From Octopus sinensis (taxonomy: Eukaryota): a stretch of 64,000 bases of DNA. The stretch is from the NCBI RefSeq assembly GCF_006345805.1, contig NC_043012.1, forward strand, positions 50,158,001 to 50,222,000, written 5' to 3'. Below the pieces are notes generated by a model. The model searched no databases, was not told the DNA's origin, and saw nothing but the letters and a program-made list of their open reading frames with translations. Both the position numbers and the translations under genes were made by a program. Below are positions 57,964-64,000 of the stretch, one piece after another (position 1 is the first letter of the stretch; the number at the start of each line of letters is the position of its first letter).

Positions 57964-58489
57964 TGACATATTTCTTGGCATATTATGGTCAAGAGTATGT
58001 ATACATATAATCTATGTAAATCGGCCCACATTAAAAGAAAGAAAACGTGAACAGTACCACACACAGTAAAACAATACTAAAGAACCCAAAAAAGTAAACC
58101 TGTATTCAAGAATATAACTAATTACTTATTCACATAGCTTTTGAAATTTGAAGAGGTTTGTTGTGTAGTTTTTGTTGCTAAGCCCTGAATCATCTGAGTA
58201 ACCTGAGATATTCCAACTGGAAATATCCTGTCTCTCTGTAGGACGGAAAAATACGATTTTAGATAAATGTGCCTACTATTTCATGTATGTGTTTGTTGTG
58301 AATATATAGAGGCTCTTTATTGGTTGTTAAAACAAAGAGAGTAGCATTTCTATCCTTGGAAGGGAATATCATTACTATCCCTGGAAGAGGGTATAAATTC
58401 TGCTATACACCAACGCACGACCCATTGTTTACTCTAAGTTTCAACGATGACCATCAACATTCTGTCTAGAATAAGAATATAACACATTA

Positions 58490-58976
58490 TAAATGGTAAC
58501 TCCAGTGGCGTCAGGTACAGTGAAACAGCTACGTGGTGGGTCTGTATTTTGCAGTACTTCTTCCCTGTTCGGCAATTTTCGCGTTAGCTGGGATGAAGGG
58601 ACAGCGTGCTTCCGTGAAATGCTCTCTTCTTATGGGGAAACGACGAGCGAAAGAGTTGCCATGCTTCAAACAGCACACAAGGACTCTGCCATGAGCAAAA
58701 TTGAGGTTTATGAGTGGCCGCTTGAAGACCGACCACGTTGAGGACATCCGTCGACCTCCTAAACGAATTATTTTACTTGTTTTCAGTCATTTGACTGTCG
58801 CCATGCAGTAGCACCGCCTTTATTCGGAGAAAATCGACTCCAGGACTTATTCTTTGTAAGCTGAGTTCGTATTTTATCGGTCTCTTTTGCCGAACCGCCA
58901 AGTTACGGAGACGTAAACACACCAGCATTGGTTGTCAAGCTATATTGGGGGACAAACACAGACACAAAAACATACA

Positions 58977-59009
<33 letters not shown>

Positions 59010-59032
59010 CACACACACAACACACACACACA

Positions 59033-59083
<51 letters not shown>

Positions 59084-59700
59084 CGAAGGGCGTCTTTCAG
59101 TTACCGTCTACCAAATCCACTCACAAGGCTTTAATCGGCCCCAGGCTATAGTAGAAGACACTTGCGCAAGGTGCCACGTAGCGGGACTGAACTCGGAACC
59201 ATGTGGTTGGTAAGCCACTCCTGCGCCCATAAAAATGGAGGGCCGTCACCAAACAATTGATGAACTTGTTGATATGACTGGTATGTCCGTGAGCTCCTGC
59301 CAACGAATTCTGAGCGAGGAATTTTTGAATGAAAAGAGTTGCAGTATAATATGTACCTCGCTTGCTCAAAGAAAACCAAAAGTAGTCTCGACAGAATGTG
59401 TCTCGTGAACTGAAAGTACAGTTGGATACAGATCCGAACCTTTTTCCGAAGATTATCACTGGTGACAAAATCCGGTGTTATGGAGACTGCAGATGTAGAA
59501 GTGGTGAAGACAAATTGTCGAGGGCTTTAAAAGTCATCACTTCTAGAGTTCCAGCGCTGTTTCGAATAGTGGAAAACGCACTTGGACCGATGCATTGCTT
59601 CAAACGGAGAATTCTTTGAAAGCGAAAAAAGTGATAACCTGCAAAACTAAGTGAATAAAATAGCATTACAAAATTATCATTTCTTTTGGGTACCCTATCG
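58490..59700 (+). mobile_element. Mariner transposon remnant, internally deleted and interrupted by a SINE
   Basis: QRASVKC..TTSERVAMLQTAHKDSAMSKIEVYEW..LEDRPR*GHPSTS; TIDELVDMTGMSVSSCQRIL..YVPRLL..KIITGDK; WKTHLDRCIASNGEFFE. Right end TTTTGGGTACCCTATCG|TA. Confidence 0.88.
58771..59228 (-). mobile_element. Bipartite CORE-type tRNA SINE nested in the mariner
   Basis: High similarity to 57561-57963, with an internal (CA)n tract. Confidence 0.9.
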
Positions 59701-60327
59701 TATATATACACACACGCTCGTATATACATACACACATATGTATATATAACGTGAAATATGTTAAAAGTTATATCTATTAAAGCCCCTACATACATGCATA
59801 CATATGTATGTAGGCAGATACATATACACACATCTACGCATATGTACACACCTCTTACATCACTTCAGCCACACTAATGTTGATGTCTCTGTGACCTCTA
59901 ATTTACCTTTCTTCTACAGGTCATCTCAAAACACATCCAGATATACTCCAGTATTAACTCAATCTCGCCACAATATTCATCACAGACCTATATTTCTTGC
60001 CTTCTTATCTTTATCTTCATGTTATCAACATATTCAGTGAACACAAAGAAATAAACACACACACAGAAACACAGGCACATACAATCGTAAACGCATTCGC
60101 AGATAAAGATACCTACCACAGAAGGACATAATGTATTAAGTAGGGAAAGAGTAGACACACGGGACAAAGTGTCACCCTGAGGACACAGAAGGTGTGATAA
60201 AAGAACTTTGACAGATGTGCAAACTAAAAATAATCCGTATATAAACTGAAGCGAAAATCAAATAAATAATGCGTATATTTAATTGGCAAAAGATTACGAT
60301 CCCCAAGAATTCTTGTATTCTTTTATC

Positions 60328-61113
60328 ATTTTACTTCTTTCACTGCGGCCATTCTGGAGCACTATCTTGAAAGCCTTTTAGTAGAATGAATCGACCCTCA
60401 GTACTTATTTCTTTTCTAAAACCTAGTACTTATTCTATCAGGATCTATTTGCCGAAACGTTAAGTTATGGAGACGTAAACACACCAAAATCTGTTGTGGA
60501 GTGGTTATGGTGGACAAACACTATCACAAAGATACCTATTTATATACTATTCTATGTTTTTCGAGATGAGGAACTATGTACACTATTTATAATAGATTGA
60601 TAGATATCCTCACCTTTTTTGCTATCATCACAACGTTTCGGCTGATGTGCTCTCCACTTTTAAGAAAATAGGAAATACTAGGTTTATAAGCTCTAACGTT
60701 CACTCTATAAATCCATGGGCATATAGCGTAGTGGATAAAAGCGGGGGCTACTAAACCTCAGATTCTAAGTTCAATTCCAGGCAGGGACTTGAAAAATAAT
60801 ATCAACAGAAAAATAACATCAGCAAAATGCCTTAGAAATGAAACAGTGTGCGACAAATAAACAGTTGGGATCGAAATTACACCAGAACACCTCATGTAGG
60901 CTGGAGAGCACACCAGCCGAAACGCTGTGATAACAACAATGTGAGGACACTCATCCGGGCGTCGTTCAGTTTCCGTCTACGAAATCCACTTACAAGGTTT
61001 TAGTTGGCCTGAGATTATAGTAGACAACACTTGCCAAAGTTACCACGCACTGGGACTGAACTCGGACATATATGGTTACGAAGCAAGGTTCTTACTACAC
61101 AACCATGCTTGCA
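60328..61113 (-). mobile_element. Old bipartite SINE split by an insertion (halves 60328-60540 and 60957-61113)
   Basis: 3' and 5' halves are recognisable on either side of the 60550-60955 insert. Confidence 0.8.
60550..60955 (+). mobile_element. Composite element: inverted partial duplicate, tRNA-like Pol III head and hammerhead-like 3' end
   Basis: A box TAGCGTAGTGG 60724-60734, B box GTTCAATTCC 60769-60778. CAC-CTCATGT-AGGCTGG..CCAGCC-GAAACGCT-GTG at 60888-60929. Inverted copy at 60604-60656. Confidence 0.7.
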
Positions 61114-61224
61114 TCTGTTTCAACATACGATTGCACATCAAGCATCCTGAAAAAGAAATACGTAAGCGTATTAAAATTTTCTTATTTACATTTTGACTCG
61201 TCGCAGTGAGTATTCACTGCATGA

Positions 61225-61292
61225 TGTGTGTATATGCATGTGAGTATATGCATGTGTGTATATGCATGTGTGTATATGCATGTGTGTATATG
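61225..61292. repeat. 14-bp tandem repeat TGTGTATATGCATG, 4-5 copies
   Basis: Directly visible. Confidence 0.8.
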
Positions 61293-62021
61293 TGTGAGTA
61301 TGTGTTTTTGTATACGTGTATGTGTGTATGTCCATTCAACACACAACACGATTCCAAACCAATGTTAAAGTAACCTTCATACGAAAAATAATGAGTTTTT
61401 AAAATAAACTCTTGTTGAGCAACATACTCTAATTCACAAATCAAACAATTTTCAAGAATCTCTGATCACGGAAAACCAAAATATAGAAGTCGCTGATTTG
61501 AAAGCACATAATTGAAATGGAAAAAACAACATCCTAAAAAGAGTCATTCTTGATATTCTAGATCACACACGCACACACACGCACACACACGCACACACAC
61601 ACACACACACACATACACACACACATACAGACACACACGCATGCACCCATGCACTCACACACCCACATTCACATATACACACATACACAACTGAGACCAT
61701 GCCTGAAGATTCACACAAGGGAAATATATAAATGTGTGTACGCATTTATAATGAATTTATTGCATAAAATATATATTTCCCATACTGAAATGAAACAAAA
61801 CATTGTTCGGGAGGGATTTGGTAATTTTATTCACAAGTTACACAATTTAGCTATTTTTACAACTTAATAAACATAAGTCTTTGTACACATACATACTATA
61901 TAACATACACATTACATCCATCTATCTATCTTTCTTTCTAATTTTATATATATATGAGTGTGTGTGCGTGTGAAAAAAGTCAGGGTAGAAAATGATAAAA
62001 TACTTTTATAAAAAACCTTTT

Positions 62022-62057
62022 CAGTACCGGTTTCAGTCATTGGGACTTTTTCAACTA
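62022..62057 (-). ncRNA. Minimal hammerhead motif, U3:A8 core variant
   Basis: TAG-TTGAAAA-AGTC CCAAT GACT-GAAA-CCGG-TA-CTG. Confidence 0.6.
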
Positions 62058-62855
62058 TATGTATGGAAAAAAAAATTAAATTTTCGAAAAATTAAAAGAA
62101 AAGTTTTTCAAAAGAATATTTGCATAGTTTTCAAAGACAAGAAGCATTTTCCTTGTTTCTGCCTGTCTCTGTCTCTCTTGTTTACTCTTGTGGGTTCGAG
62201 GTCGTCTTGAATTCTTGGCAAGGAAGTAGAAGAAGGAAAAGGATAAAGAAGAAGAAGAAGAAGAGAAGAAGAAGAAGAAGAAGAAGAAGAAGAAGAAAGA
62301 GGAGTGGGAGAAGAAGAAGAATGTGGGAGTGCCATGATAGTAGTAAGATGTTAAATGGTCAAGTGACCATTTAACATCATACTACTATCACAATAGCTGC
62401 ATTCCCTTCTCATTCTCCCTTCTCTTTGTCCGTCTTCAACCTCTCCGGCACCTCCTTCCTACCTTTACCACTATTGCTGTTTAGAATAACACCTACGCAA
62501 ATATTAAAAACAATACGTTCAAAAGAGATGTCTCAAGAATTCAATCACTACTACCATCCACAACAAGTCACTTTCAGGGCATTTGACCATTTAACATCTT
62601 ACTACTATCATGGCACTCCCGCATTCCCCTTCTTCACCTCCTCCTCCTCCTCCACCTTATTCTTCTTCCTCTTCTTCTCCTTCTTCTTCTTCCCTGCCAT
62701 GAATTCACAACGACCTCGAACCCACAAGAGTAAATAAGAGAGACAGAGCCAGGCAGAAACAAGGAAAATACCCCTTGTATTTGAATACTATGCAAATATT
62801 CTTTTAAAAATCTTTTCTTTTAATTTTTCCGAAATTTAATTGTTTTCCATGTTTA

Positions 62856-62891
62856 CAGTTGAAAAAGTCTCAATGACTGAAACTAGTACTG
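62856..62891 (+). ncRNA. Minimal hammerhead motif, U3:A8 core variant
   Basis: CAG-TTGAAAA-AGTC TCAAT GACT-GAAA-CTAG-TA-CTG. Confidence 0.62.
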
Positions 62892-63001
62892 AAATGTTTT
62901 TTATAAAATTATTTTAACAATTTTTACCATGACTTTTTTCCATATATATCAACTCGTGTGTTCCTTTTCAACCTTCTATATATATATATGCATATATATA
63001 T

Positions 63002-63056
<55 letters not shown>

Positions 63057-64000
63057 GCATATATATATGCATATATATATATATATATATACACATACAT
63101 ATGCATATATACGTGTAAGTATATATCTCTACATATATGTTGTGCTTGTAACTGTATATATGCATGTATATATATAGAGAGAGGGGTAAAGATAGATAGA
63201 TAGATAGATACGCTGCCTTCTCGTTTCTTTAATTTACTTGGATGTGTAAACATGGCACAGGCTTCATGCTGATCTGTTACGCACTCTGAGTGATGGATTG
63301 CGATTGTGCTTCCTGGGTACATGTGTGCCTAAAGTCTTTTTTCTTCACATTCTTTCCACTCCCTCCTAGCCCACGCGTACATAATCATACACACACATAT
63401 ATCCATATTCACTTCTAAACACATTCATATCTCTGTGTGTGTGCGTTTATATATTTATGTAGGTATGTATCTATATATATACATGCATATACACGCACTT
63501 ACATGAGTATAGTCACATACACACATTATCCTAGTTCAATATTTGCAATTCATCATCAAAGCAGAACGGTGCATTGTTTTATAGAACATATACTTTGAGT
63601 TATTGGATGCAGTTAATACTTCAGTTAAAACAAGGACTTTTACCAAAACTTCGGCGTTGCGTTATGTAATGGCAAATAATGATTCCTTTTAAGTCTAAAT
63701 AATGAAAGTAAAATCATCTTGTACTCCCGATTGTTAGGTAAAGTTTCGGTAAGGAAATTTACGTATAAACATCTACTTTTGACACTGAAGCTATTTGTTT
63801 CATAGAAGTAACATGAGATAAGAGAGAGATTACATAAGATTTAAGCCTGTAGTGATAAATCTTGCCTTGTTTTCTTTTTTGATTTTCCTTTTGTTTTTCT
63901 CTAGTTCTTCATTTTTCCTCTGTATTTTCACCTGAGATTGTGAAGTGTCATAGATCTAATATGTTACATAACTGAAGATAGAACATTAAGAAACATTATA

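Larger units (their letters stand above)
61973..62939. repeat. Large inverted repeat (arms about 360-390 bp) of Penelope-pLTR type, each arm with a variant hammerhead
   Basis: 61973-62361 is reverse complementary to 62584-62939 (for example TTTACTCTTGTGGGTTCGAGGTCGT / ACGACCTCGAACCCACAAGAGTAAA). Confidence 0.92.

Overview
AT-rich, microsatellite-saturated eukaryotic DNA. The repeat repertoire looks like a coleoid cephalopod, most likely Octopus (inferred from pattern, not from a search). No intact protein-coding gene is supported, and almost all listed ORFs are translations of (TA)n, (CA)n, (AAT)n or (CAT)n arrays. The window is a graveyard of mobile elements: Tx1/L1-clade, CR1/Jockey-like and R4/Dong LINE fragments, two Penelope-like elements, Tc1, mariner, maT and Tigger remnants, a non-autonomous Helitron, MITEs and several tRNA-derived SINE families. 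The most interesting signal is a set of minimal hammerhead-ribozyme motifs in Penelope-type terminal repeats and foldbacks. It includes one canonical core (21485-21537), a U3:A8 covariant pair (62022-62057 and 62856-62891) and a pair with an expanded position 7 (25056-25356). There is also a tRNA-headed, Pol III-type SINE-like unit ending in a hammerhead with a Penelope-style inverted duplication (60550-60955). All alignments and folds were done by eye, so element boundaries are approximate.
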